From assembly GCF_006345805.1 (NCBI RefSeq), contig NC_043015.1, positions 21,762,001 through 21,826,000 of the forward strand: a DNA stretch of 64,000 nt. The letters run 5' to 3'. Origin of the DNA: Octopus sinensis (Eukaryota). The number at the start of each line of letters is the position of its first letter. The stretch's first letter is position 1. Under the pieces are notes generated by a model, which saw only the letters and a program-made list of their open reading frames with translations, was not told where the DNA came from and ran no database searches. This document shows, piece by piece, positions 39,660 through 52,062 of the stretch. Both the position numbers and the translations under genes were made by a program.

Positions 39660-39950
39660 TCTAGTACCCCCCGGAGTATTCGAGCGGTTCCAGGTAGTGC
39701 TGTTTTCTGCAAGCGCTCCACCCTTATTGCAGCCCCTATTTATTCCATGTACTTCTCCAGATTTTTAATCAATGTTCCTAGAGCTTCGACAATTATTGTT
39801 ACTACTACCCCCTTTTTCATTGACCACAACTGCTTAACCTCTCAAGCTAACCTTTCATATCTATCGACTTTTCTTTCTTCCTTATTGCATACTTGTCGTT
39901 ACCTGGGCATGTTACATATATGATCCAGTATCGTTTGCAGCCTTTCACAA
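39660..39950 (-). mobile_element. Decayed R4/Dong-clade LINE RLE fragment
   Basis: IIYVTCPGND...TIIVEALGTLIKNLEKY...VERLQKTALPGTARILR is homologous to the C-terminus at 61180-61608. It is flanked by ATT-type repeats. Confidence 0.75.
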
Positions 39951-40163
39951 TTAACACTATATAATTATTATTGTTAATTCTTCTTCTTCTTCTTCTTCTT
40001 CTTCTTCTTCTTCTTCTTCTTCTTCTTCTTCTTTTCTTCTTCTTCTTCTTCTTCTTCTTCTTCTACTTCTACTCCTCCTTCTCCTTCTTCTTCTTCTCCC
40101 CCCTCCTCCTCCTTCTTCTTCTTCTTCTTCTCCTCCCTCCTCCTCCTTCTTCTTCTTCTTTTT

Positions 40164-40194
<31 letters not shown>

Positions 40195-41371
40195 TTATTA
40201 TTATTATTATTATTAGCTACATAGGTATCTCAATGTGCTTCCATCTATTTTTTATGTCATTTCACGGATTGTACGTGGCCAATATCTTCTGCAACTCTGA
40301 ATCAATAAATAAGTTCTACTGCACGCGGGTATATTAAACTCACCTGGATTTTACGAACCTATTCAGGAGAAAGTGTTTTTAGTGTCTTTAGTTTATCCCT
40401 GTCAAATATAATGCGTTTTTCTAAATTAATCATTTATTATCTCGTAAATTACACATTTCAATTATGTGGTTGCTTGTATTTAGAATAAATTTTTTCGGTG
40501 TATGTGAGAAGCCACATCTGGCCAGTAATATATTTGGGACGGATGTGACTGGTTTTATTTGCTAAAGCGTTTAAAAATGTAATATAAAGACTTCGAATTT
40601 AAGACCCGGGTGATGCTATGAGACCTCTTTCTTAAAAAAACGAAGCGTAGTACATAAAACTATATGCTGTACCCATGTCTCTTGTATCTGTTTTTTTTTT
40701 CATAAATATTTTGCTCATTGAGGAATATGTCCTGGTTTTGTGATCTGCTACCAAACCTATTCAGAGTAACAACTATCCAAGCATTTTGTCTATCCAATTC
40801 TGTATTACCTAATATTTATTTTCACATTTTAAAAAGACATTAGTTAGAGATTTGATGGAGATTTGAATCATATTTTAGGTAATCCAGAGTTAACACACAG
40901 GCTTCAGTAAAGGTTTCATTTTGCTCTGGGATTATTGAATATATTACTGGAATGGTGAAACTCGCATTGCTAATAACTTATTTTCGTCGTTTTAGGAACG
41001 AAATGATTTGTAAGTAGGATTTTTAAGGAATTTCATAAATGATTTATGTATTTGAGAATATAATGAATGCACAACAAATCCCATATCAAATATTTTACAG
41101 AGAGGAAACAATCGGAAGTTGTATTCGTTATATTCTCATTTGTTTTTTTTATTTCTTAAAGTTATCTGAGCGATGTCAACCGGGTGTCAGATTTGAATAA
41201 AAGGCTATCGGATTGGCATTGTTGGAAATAATTGTTGCCATATCGACCAAATTTAGAAGCAAATATGTAGAATGTGTATATAATGATAAAAATACACTCA
41301 CACACACACACACGCCCTGATATATATATTTGTGTGTATATATATATGTATATATCATGAATATAAATGTA

Positions 41372-41409
<38 letters not shown>

Positions 41410-41861
41410 TATATATATATTATATACATGCATATATATACATACATGTATACAGAGTGACATATCTATCTATCTATCTATCTATTATATATATATATAT
41501 ATATTATATATAATATACTATATATATATATAGCGTGCATAATGTCTGTATGGTGCTATATACCATGTGATGTATCTTGATATATGAGAATCTGAGTTTG
41601 GAATTACGCTGCAATAATTGAAAGTTTCCTTTATCTAAATATATACAACACACCACCTTGACAGAGTGAGAAAGAGAAATAAAATATATGATAAAAAAAT
41701 TGGGAAATCACCATTTAATAAATTGTAAATTTTGACAGCAGTTGCTGGCAAATGTTAGCAAATATTGCGACAGATACAATCTACCGGGTTATTTTCAATT
41801 AAACACGAACACACGAGTATATTATATATATATATATATATAATATATATATGTATATAAA

Positions 41862-41938
<77 letters not shown>

Positions 41939-42662
41939 CTCTGTATATACATATGTATATGTATGTATACATATATACATATATATACATACATATACAT
42001 ATGTATATAAATGTATATATATATATATATAGTCATATATATGTGTGTACATGTGCGCATTTGTGCGTGTGTGTGTGTGTGTATATGTGTGTGTATTAGA
42101 TTGAATGCCAAAATAAGGTCGAGAAAGGTCGAGTTATTAAATAAAGCATGAAAGAATTCTGTTTTTCTTCCAAAAAGAAAACCAGAATATAGAAACAAAA
42201 ACATATATGTACACATATATAAATATCGTATATTTAAACATATATGTTTATGCACACACATATATATTCTTAACCTGTTCGTGGAATATATATATTAGTG
42301 CAACTATATATTTTATCACAAATTTATTTTTACAGAAGAAAAGAACTCCCGCAAAAGAAACACAAACAAAATCGCTCAGGTGAAGAGGTACGATGTGAAA
42401 TGTTTCGGAGAAAATCGCCAAGTTTTAATTCATGATTTATATCTACGTCTATTGAAGAGTGGTTTGTGTGGTATTCTGGATGTATGTGTAGATTAAGGGT
42501 CAGTCCTTCATAGTGGTATTGTGTTGTTGTTTTTTGTAGTAATTGCAAATGATAGGATCAGCAAAACACCACTCAATTTACTGTGTGTGAGCTATGCATG
42601 TATGCATACAAGAACACACACACCAACATACAGACATAGAAAAACAAAAGCACATATTCATA

Positions 42663-42719
<57 letters not shown>

Positions 42720-42769
42720 TATATATATATATACATACATACATACATACATACCATACACAACATGCT

Positions 42770-42915
42770 GTACTCTTTGGCCACAAATTTCTCTCACTCT
42801 TTCTTCTGTTGGCCTGCTTGTTTAGCTAGCGGGGTGGCGTCATTTGAAGGCTAAAACAATGCGAAGCGCATTGTGACCAGCGATGTGTAACACATCTGAT
42901 AGCCTGGTCGGTCAC
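42770..42915 (+). repeat. Probable SINE 3' portion
   Basis: A GC-richer island (GCTAGCGGGGTGGCGTCATTTGAAGGCTAAAACAATGCGAAGCGCATTGTGACCAGCG) between microsatellites. Family assignment is from recall only. Confidence 0.4.
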
Positions 42916-42940
42916 GGAATGTCACGGAATATATATATAT

Positions 42941-42991
<51 letters not shown>

Positions 42992-42994
<3 letters not shown>

Positions 42995-43600
42995 TGATCC
43001 CTCGTTTATCGCGGTACATTGGTTCCAAGCCCGGCCGCGATAACTGAATTTCCGCGAAGTAGAGACACCTTATTTACAGTATTCATGTAACGTGTTTTGG
43101 ACTTTTAAAAACCTCCCTGAACTGTTAACAACCCACCCATTACAGTAGTCTATTAATAACATGGACAACTGTTAAGCAATAACACTTTAGATTTAAAAAA
43201 AATAAAGATTGTTACTGTACTGAACACGAAAGAAGTTTAATTAAAATTAGAATGATGATGGTGATGAATTTGCTGCGTAGAAGAAAGGATGATGATGAAG
43301 CTGATGGCGGTTCCCTTTCCTGGGACACCTCTTCCACTTCTACGCAACCATAGTAGTGCAGCAGGAACTGGCTTTTTTTTGCGAGGCTGCAAAAACATTG
43401 TGATACGAAGTTGCTGCCGCTGCTTCTTTTTCCGTTGAAAGAGCATCTTGTAGGGATTCATGACTTCATCGACCTTTTTGCAAAATTGCACAGAACCAAC
43501 CATATTGTCGTCCCATTCCTGTGATCTCTCTTTCAATTCTTGAACCAGGTGGCAGAGCTTGATCAGCCATTCCAAATTCAAGCCAGTTTGATCAACAACT
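42992..43600 (-). mobile_element. Tigger/pogo-type DNA transposon 3' end
   Basis: TA|CAGTGATCCCTCG TIR at 42992. The minus ORF 43237-43581 (ELKERSQEWDDNM..SVQFCKKVDEVMNPYKMLFQRKKKQRQQLRITMF) resembles Tigger C-termini. Confidence 0.8.
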
Positions 43601-43867
43601 TATTCCGCTTCTTGCTGCTTTTCTTGTTGTTGTTGTTGTTGTTGTTCTTCTTCTTCTTCTTCTTCTCTTTTCTTATTCTTCTTCTTCTTCTTCTTCTTCT
43701 TCTCCTTCTTCTCCTACTTCTTCTTCTACTCCTCCTTCTTCTCCTTCTTCTTCTTCTTCTTCTTCTTCTTCTCCTTCTTCTCTTCTCCTTCTCCTTCTTC
43801 TTCTACTCCTCCTCCTTCTTCTTCACCTTCTTCTCCTCCTCCTTCTTCTTCTTCATTAAAAAACGAC

Positions 43868-44062
43868 CCATTACAGTAGCCTATTAATAACATGGACAAC
43901 TGTTAAGCAATAACACTTTAGATTTTAAAAAAATAAAGATTGTTACTGTACTGAACACGAAAGAAGTTTAATTAAAATTTGAATGATGATGGTGATGAAT
44001 TTGCTGCGTAGAAGAAATGATGATGATGAAGCTGATGGCGGTTCCCTTTCCGGGACACCTCT
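43868..44062. repeat. Near-identical direct duplicate of 43138-43330 abutting the gap
   Basis: ACCCATTACAGTAG...GGACACCTCT is repeated and ends exactly at the N run. Confidence 0.9.
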
Positions 44063-44162
44063 NNNNNNNNNNNNNNNNNNNNNNNNNNNNNNNNNNNNNN
44101 NNNNNNNNNNNNNNNNNNNNNNNNNNNNNNNNNNNNNNNNNNNNNNNNNNNNNNNNNNNNNN
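44063..44162. other. Assembly gap (100 N)
   Basis: Run of N. Confidence 1.
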
Positions 44163-44878
44163 GAAATATTTTATGAGGTTTGTGGCTATGTTATGTCTTT
44201 TGTGCAACACAGAAATGAAATAACAGCAGTCATTTCTTATATAGGGAAAGAGGGATTTATTTGTGATCATTAGAGTTCAGGTATATCCACTAATATGATT
44301 CAATAATACTTTCTATATAAAAGCGCAGCACAACTAGGACAAACATAATCATATATTTTGATGATGTTGGGGCCTTGCCCCTTCGTATGAGTGCAATTAA
44401 TATGTCTGACCTGAATATATTGGTGAGAATTAATATCAGAATTCCAGTAGATAAAATTCTTTCAAGAGAAGAACGGAGGTAGTGATAATGAAACACCTGG
44501 AATGTTTAGTGCACCTGGGGTCAAAACAGAGTATAGGAAACAAGATGTAAAAAAGTGAAACATAAGCGTGAGGTGACATACCACTAGAATATTACAAGGG
44601 ATAAACGACACTTTGGCTGGAGTGAAAGAGGTAAAGAGATAAGGTTTAGTATGTGGGTGGACAGAACCCTGCAACTATGGCTGAGCATTTGCGGTTGTAG
44701 TGAAAGTAACTAGTGAAACACATCCTTCTTCGACTTGTACAGACATATACGAACACACACAAAGACACACATACGCAAACACACACACACACTCACGCAC
44801 ACAAACTCACAATAAAGCACATATACGAAATGTATAAAAAATATATTAAATATATGTATGCGTATATGTATATATGCA

Positions 44879-44946
<68 letters not shown>

Positions 44947-45022
44947 GTGTGTGTATGTGCATATTCCAGGTATATATCTAAATATGTATATAGAGACATA
45001 CATATATATACACAGCCACATA

Positions 45023-45054
<32 letters not shown>

Positions 45055-45059
45055 CATAC

Positions 45060-45091
<32 letters not shown>

Positions 45092-45095
45092 TCTA

Positions 45096-45153
<58 letters not shown>

Positions 45154-45164
45154 GTAGACGGCTA

Positions 45165-45340
45165 GCTGGATAGATTCTCCGAACTTTTAGAACAAGAGAG
45201 GAGACACTGATGGTCCTTTGGAAAACTTTCGTCCTAAGCCACTTGGACTACTGCTCCTAACTATGGTCACTACACAATATAAAGCTAGCAACAGAACTCC
45301 AAGCAATTCAACGAATCTACACTAAAAAGATCGTCTCAAT
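45165..45340 (+). mobile_element. Short CR1-like LINE remnant
   Basis: ETLMVLWKTFVLSHLDYCS.LWS.HNIKLATELQAIQRIYTKKI (LxYCxxxW motif). Confidence 0.7.
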
Positions 45341-45682
45341 ATTCTCGATGATTCAGCTCGGTTTTGTACTTATTGCTGATTGTAAATGCGCCTGCGCGCA
45401 GACATTTGAGGAATTATAACACATAATGACGGCCTAGTTGTTCTTGTCTCGGAATTATAAGTTAGTTATTAAGGCCGGTTACTGACGAGAAATTCGCCTT
45501 GCAATGATATTGTTTTGCTAAATTACCTATTAAAGGATGGCAAATAATATTGTTCGCTAAAAAAACTTTTTAGAAACTTCTATCGGTTTGTTTCGAAACG
45601 CATAAATTATAATGGTTATTGAAATTTTAGTCTTTTTTCGGCATATTGGGCATTAGAATTTTTCTTTTGCCCTTATCTTGTA

Positions 45683-45751
<69 letters not shown>

Positions 45752-45831
45752 GTGAAAAGGAACACACGAGTTGATATATATGAAAAACAAGTCAAAAATA
45801 GAATGCTAAAATAATTTTATAGTGAACATTT

Positions 45832-45868
45832 CAGTACCGGTTTCGGACATTTGAGACCTTTTCAACTG
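45832..45868 (-). ncRNA. Antisense copy of the pLTR hammerhead-like motif
   Basis: Minus strand reads CAG-TTGAAAA-GGTC tcaaat GTCC-GAAA-CCGG-TA-CTG, with one helix II mismatch. Confidence 0.5.
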
Positions 45869-46828
45869 CGTAAACGAATGGCCCTGCACAGATCCCAGAT
45901 AAAAATTCCCCAAAACAGAAAAATAGCTTTTAGCCAACACATAGATACTTGCGCCAACAAAAAACACCAAGCTTCAGGATTTTCCCCTCTACCAATTTAG
46001 GGACGATACAACTCGGGACAACGAATAAGTAAAGAAAAAGAAACTCTCTTTATTGCAAAATACAGGCCACTTCTAAACGGGTCTACGACAAACAGTTAAT
46101 ATAACCTCAACTTTAGAATAAAAGAAATATTCACACACAAATATTACATTCCAAAGAATCCATTACTAATAACAGCTAAAATCACAGCTATAATCCATAA
46201 CATGCCAACTTCAAGTCATACAACACCTCACTACTTTAACCCATTCATATTCTCCCTTCTCTGTTTTTTTTCTTCTTCTTCCTCTTCTTCTTCATCATCA
46301 TCATTATCATCATCATCGTCGTCATAACCATCACCACCATCACCATCATCGTCATCTTCTCCTTCTCCTTCTTCTTCTTCTTCTTCATCATCATCATCAT
46401 CATCAACATCGTCATCTTCTTCTTCTTCTTCTTCTTTTTCTTCTTCTTCTTCTTCTTCTTCTTCTTCTTCTTCTCCACCTTCTACCCCTTAACTTTGTCA
46501 CTAATGTTTTTTCGTATAACACCTACGCAAATTCTATAAACAAGCCTTTCAATAGAAATATTCTCCTGAATTGAACTGCGACTGCCAGCCGCCACTGACC
46601 ATTCAAAATACGACCATCAGGGCACTCCCAGATTCTCCCACCCCCTTTCCTCATCAGCCTTCTCCCTCTACTACCCTACCAAGAACTCACAACGACCTCC
46701 AACACACAAGTGCAAACAAGGGAGTCAGAGAAAGGCAGAATGCTACTTATATCTGAACACTACTATAGAAATATTCCTTTAAAAAAACTTTTCTTCTAAT
46801 TTTTCTAAATTTAATTATTTAATCGTTA

Positions 46829-46866
46829 CAGTTGAAAAGGTCTCAAAATGACCGAAACCGGTACTG
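46829..46866 (+). ncRNA. Minimal type I hammerhead-like motif (U3-A8 variant)
   Basis: CAG-TTGAAAA-GGTC tcaaaat GACC-GAAA-CCGG-TA-CTG: helix I CAG/CTG, helix II GGTC/GACC, palindromic helix III ACCGGT, GUA triplet. Confidence 0.65.
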
Positions 46867-46915
46867 AAATGTTCACTATAAAATTATTTTAGCATTTTCT
46901 ATTTTTGACTTGTTT

Positions 46916-46951
<36 letters not shown>

Positions 46952-46956
<5 letters not shown>

Positions 46957-47140
46957 GAAATGAAGAAAATGCTGACAAATAATTGAAGTAATTTAATTAG
47001 GTGAAAGTTCTTTTTACCGGTTGATAAGCATAACAAATGCGCAACCGGTAAAAAGAACTTTCACCTAATTAAATTACTTCAATTATTTGTCAGCATTTTC
47101 TTCATTTCTTTTTTATATATCACCACTCGTGTTCGACATC
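46952..47140 (+). mobile_element. Very short Penelope-type insertion forming a fold-back hairpin
   Basis: ~71-bp inverted arms (46952-47023 and 47042-47112) with an 18-nt loop. The loop region reads TTGATAA-GCAT aacaa ATGC-GCAA-CCGG-TA, which is hammerhead-like. Confidence 0.7.
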
Positions 47141-47148
47141 TCCTTTTT

Positions 47149-47241
<93 letters not shown>

Positions 47242-47983
47242 ATACTATCTATATATATATATTTAAATATATACATACATATATATATATATATGCATTT
47301 ATGTTTATACATGCATATGAATATACTTATATATGTACACAAATATATGCATATATATGCAAGTATGTATGTATATATTCATGTATATGTGTGCGAGTAT
47401 CTACATACACACATACCTTTCGTGTTATTTCACTGCCCTTAAGTGTTATCAGTAACGGTACATGCGACAAAAGTGATTTTCCTTATTCGTTGTTTTATTT
47501 TCTTTGCTTTGTTTTGTTTTATGTTATATCTTTTTTTTTGTTACCCTAATAGATTTGAGCAGCTTCAAGACACATTTTGATTCGGAATTGAAATATCATT
47601 TTTTGGTAATTTTCATTTAAACACGTAACGTTTAATTCCGGAAATAAATTAGAAGATCCCATTATCTAAAACTCGTGAGAATATGTTCCACGTGTTACGA
47701 TGTTGGCGCATTCAGTTGAAAATTTACTGCTCACTTCAACGTTTGACTAGAGCTGCAAGACTTCATAAACTTAACCACGACATTACGTCTCTTGAATTAA
47801 GTGCTGTTATTCCCAGTTGGAAATGAAAATCATTACAAAATTTTCAGTCACGTTACGAGAACATTTGCAAGTTTCTAAATTTCAAATAGTTTCACATTGG
47901 TTCACAAGTCAAAATGAGGAAGTACTTGAACTATTTCTCTCACAGTCATTGCAGCAAATTCAGTCTCGGAAGAATTTTAAAAT

Positions 47984-48120
47984 TCTGAGTTCAATTTCTG
48001 CCGAGATTGACTTTGCCTTATTTCGATGAAATTAGCGCAAGTTATGCACTTGGATCGATGTAATCGACTATCCAGCATTCCCAAAATTTTAGGCCTTCTG
48101 CTTGTAGCAGAAAGAAAGGA
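47984..48120 (+). mobile_element. Partial family-B SINE
   Basis: TTCTGAGTTCAATTTCTGCCGAGATTGACTTTGCC...CCCAAAATTTTAGGCCTT, followed by an (ATT)n tail. Confidence 0.75.
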
Positions 48121-48148
48121 TATTATTATTATTATATTATTATTATTA

Positions 48149-48212
<64 letters not shown>

Positions 48213-48290
48213 ATATTATTATTATTATTATTATTATTATATTATTATATTATTATTGTTGTTGTTGTTGTTATTATTATTATATTATTA

Positions 48291-48343
<53 letters not shown>

Positions 48344-48344
48344 T

Positions 48345-48670
48345 TTATTATTCAGTAGTCGTATTTTTCTCACGTACTTTCACTACCGAGTGCAGCTCTG
48401 AGTGCCGTGGGCATGGACTGTGGTTTCTTGAGATGCTCTCATTTTCACTGTATTGAAAGTGTTTTACGTAGGATGTGTACGGTGTCTTGTAGTGCTATTC
48501 TCTGTATGTTATATATACTTGTTAGTTCTGAATATTTTTTTTATGATACATAATGCGTTTACTATGGTAGGAATTGTTTCTGTCGCACGACTCCACATTC
48601 GAGTTACCTTTATTCTTAAATCTTTGTATTTTGAAAGTTTTCTCGTTGTTTTAGAGAAAGAGAGAAGAAA
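48345..48670 (-). mobile_element. R4/Dong-clade LINE 3' end
   Basis: KLSKYKDLRIKVTRMW..TETIPTIVNAL. The 3' UTR is homologous to 53140-53250 and runs into (AAT)n. Confidence 0.85.
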
Positions 48671-48911
48671 AATGTACAAATTATTTGTGTCTATATACAC
48701 ATATCAAAAAATATCGGTTACTTAGATGAGGAGATAATAAGCCAGTCGGTTAACAATATTGAAGTACATTTGAACCAGGGTGTATGGTTGATATTATTGG
48801 TATAATGACCCTCTCTACATATGCACATACACATAAGCTGGCAAATATTCCGTTTCTGAGGTACGCTTATGAAATAAAACATGTTGATAAAACTTCTCAC
48901 CGGATCTTAGA

Positions 48912-48992
<81 letters not shown>

Positions 48993-49126
48993 CATCTATC
49001 TATCTATTTATCCATCCATTCATATCTCTCTCTCTCTCCCTCTATCTCTCTCCATATATATAAACATATAAATATAAACATACATATGTGTATAGATCCA
49101 AATATATATAAAATACGCACGCACAC

Positions 49127-49158
<32 letters not shown>

Positions 49159-49653
49159 CACACACACATATATATCCGATTGTGCTTCCGTCTATCGGAT
49201 CCTGCTTGCGCCCGCAAGCTCTATAAACAGATACTTACAGAAGCCTCATTCACTTGTCAAGATATCTCTCCATACAAACAGTTAACTATTCACAGACGTA
49301 TTCCTTCGTTTCCAGTGTTGTTTTTGAAATATTACTTTAGAAAAATATCTTTTAAACTATATGTATATTAAGATTCACAGAAATTTATGCTGTTAGCAAA
49401 AACGGAATTTCGGGGTTAGGTTATGATCACGACTGTTTCCGACAAGCGAAGATATAGATGTGGAAACATTCTCGCAATTATTCGGAGGCTATTTCTGGTT
49501 AAGACTCCAATATATTGTCGCAATAGTAAATAAGTTTTACGCTCACTTCTAAGTTAGAACTATTAAATAAACTGTCACTTACAGTAATTTACAACGGTGC
49601 TGCATGTCGTTTTATATTATAACTTCTTCGTTGCAATATAGTAGATAATTAGA

Positions 49654-49714
<61 letters not shown>

Positions 49715-49739
49715 ATAATTATTATTATTATTATTATAA

Positions 49740-49786
<47 letters not shown>

Positions 49787-49807
49787 GTATTATTATTATT
49801 ATTATTA

Positions 49808-50365
49808 TTGAGTGAGAGAGCAGTTCACCATCAAAGTGACACTGGGGGGGTAAAATATACGAAGCCCAATATACCCATCAAGACTACCGTCTGATAAAGG
49901 TACACCAGGCACATGCATCACAACCATATGTGCGCGACATAGTGATCTCATATCAAGATAAACAGCACATGACCTTGCAGGTGGGGCCCAGTTAGAATTT
50001 TCTTCAGGTTGAGTAGCCCATCCCGCTCAAAAGGTCCCTGAATAAGGGTTGTTTAAGGATGTTGATAGAACCACCCATGTTTCCAGAGGTGAACTATTCA
50101 ATCCCCAAAGAATCCCTCTCAACACATGGCTATGATGCTCCCCCACTACTTCTGCTCGTGATCAGAGATGCACATATCGTCAGCCACTAAGGGACATGCT
50201 CAACTGGTTAAAGTCAAACAACTGACAAGGAAATCTGTGGTATTGAGCAGAATATTTGCTGTAGCCCATCTTTTATACCAAGACAAAACAATGTACATGA
50301 TAACACTTCCAATCAGTTAAGATCAGAAGCCATGAGAGCCACTGCCTGGTACTGCATCATGGCAT
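49808..50365 (-). mobile_element. (TAA)n-embedded non-coding ~555-bp interspersed element, copy 1
   Basis: Four homologous copies occur in the window, all within (ATT)n, all sharing the left end TTGAGTGAGAGAG. Confidence 0.8.
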
Positions 50366-50386
50366 TTATTATTATTATTATTATTA

Positions 50387-50424
<38 letters not shown>

Positions 50425-50425
<1 letters not shown>

Positions 50426-51280
50426 TAAACCTCATAATTTATTTTGCTGTGTATGATGGAAAGTGTCAGCTGTCCACAGCCAGCAGACAAGAGTGATTTT
50501 TTTACGGGTCATGCTTCAAGAAACCTGCGAAGAATTCTTGCAGTTCCACGCAATGCTGTAGGTGTTCAACCTTCACACTTGTACCAATCTTTGTCAGGCA
50601 TTTTGGCAGTTGAGTGTTGATATTTTCACGTTCTCCATTTACTATTGATATCGCCTCTACTCTGCTCATTGACCACAGCGTTCGTATTTCCCACTTCAAA
50701 TCGACGTACTTGTATATTTTTTCTTCTTTTTTCACATTGAACCTGATGTCATCGGGACATGCTATGTCGATTACCAAATATGTTCTTTGTTTTATTCACC
50801 ACAACAAGGTCCAGTTTCCGTGTTTGGTCGGGTGATCGCACTGGATCTCTAAATTCCACAAGATTTTGCAGTTCTCATTTCGTTGTCTCCTTCTGGAGTT
50901 TTCTCATACCAAGTCTTTGCTCTTTGTAGGTCGTAGTTTCCACAGAGCCCCCAATGGATCATGCTTGCCACACTGTCATGCTGTGTTTGTTTTCGCGTTG
51001 TACCAACTTCGAGCATTCACTAGCGATGGACCATACCGTTTCACACCTCTCACAACACACTCTGCATTTGCTGCAATCGGTAGTCTTGTCTATTCTGCAC
51101 TGCATTTACTTGTTCCTTAATGCTTGTTCCTGAACAGCGCATATGCTAGCTTCCTTCTCTATCTCCAAGTAACTCCTCCTCATCCATAGACGCCAGTCCT
51201 CTGTATCTGCCTTGGCTTTCGCATCTCTTGCAAACTGACCATACATTTTCTTTTCTTTCCATACTTTTTACTTTTTATCA
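50425..51280 (-). mobile_element. Decayed R4/Dong-clade LINE 3' fragment (CCHC plus RLE)
   Basis: CSKCRVCCERCETVWSIASECSKL; KILWNLEIQCDH; MVIDIACPDDIRFNVKKEEKIYKYVDLKWEIRTLW. Flanked by (ATT)n. Confidence 0.85.
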
Positions 51281-51323
51281 TTATTATTATTATTATCATC
51301 CTCATTATTATTAATATTACTAA

Positions 51324-51362
<39 letters not shown>

Positions 51363-51448
51363 TATTATTATTATTATTATAATTATTTTATTATTATTAT
51401 CTTATCATATTATTATTATTATTATTATTGTTATTATTATTATTATTA

Positions 51449-52005
51449 TTGAGTGAGAGAGAGCAGTTCATACCATCAAAGTGGACACTGGGGTAAAATA
51501 TACGAAGCCCAATATACCCATCAAGACTACCCGTCTGATAAAGGTACACAGGCACATGCATCACAACCATATGTGCGCGACATAGTGATCTCATATCAAG
51601 ATAAACAAACATGACTTGCAGGTGGGGCCCAGTTAGAATTTTCTTCAGGTTGAGTAGCCCATCCCGCTCAAAGGTCCCTGAATAAGGTTGTTTAAGGATG
51701 TTGATAGAAACCAACCATGTTCCAGAGGTGAACTATTCAATCCCCAAAGAATCCCTCTCAACACATGGCTATGATGCTCCCCCACTACTTCTGCTCGTGA
51801 TCAGAGATGCACATATCGTCAGCCACTAAGGACCTGCTCAACTGGTTAAAGTCAAACAACTGACAAGGAATCTGTGGTATTATTGAGCAGAATATTTGCT
51901 GTAGCCCATCTTTTATACCAAGACAAAACAATGTACATGATAACACTTCCAATCAGTTAAGATCAGAAGCCATGAGAGCCACTGCCTGGTACTGCATCAT
52001 GGCAT
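51449..52005 (-). mobile_element. (TAA)n-embedded element, copy 2 (part of a 1.64-kb tandem duplicate)
   Basis: Nearly identical to 49808-50365 apart from many 1-bp indels. Confidence 0.8.
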
Positions 52006-52023
52006 TTATTATTATTATTATTA

Positions 52024-52061
<38 letters not shown>

Positions 52062-52062
<1 letters not shown>

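Larger units (their letters stand above)
45750..46925 (+). mobile_element. Penelope-like element: inverted partial pLTR, GIY-YIG C-terminus, 3' region and pLTR
   Basis: ~45770-45868 is the reverse complement of ~46829-46925. Between them, RKRMALHRSQIKIPQNRKIAFSQHIDTCA...TLFIAKYRPLLN resembles the GIY-YIG tail at 3560-3750. Both flanks are (TA)n. Confidence 0.82.

Noticed and set aside
50300-50365. HDV-like fold, or U2/5S similarity, at the 5' end of the 555-bp element (GCCATGA/TCATGGC 7-bp stem; CCTGGTACTGCA; GATCTTAACTGATTGGAAG)
   Set aside because: P3, L3, P1.1 and P2 do not fit, and the snRNA/5S matches are too short to exceed chance.
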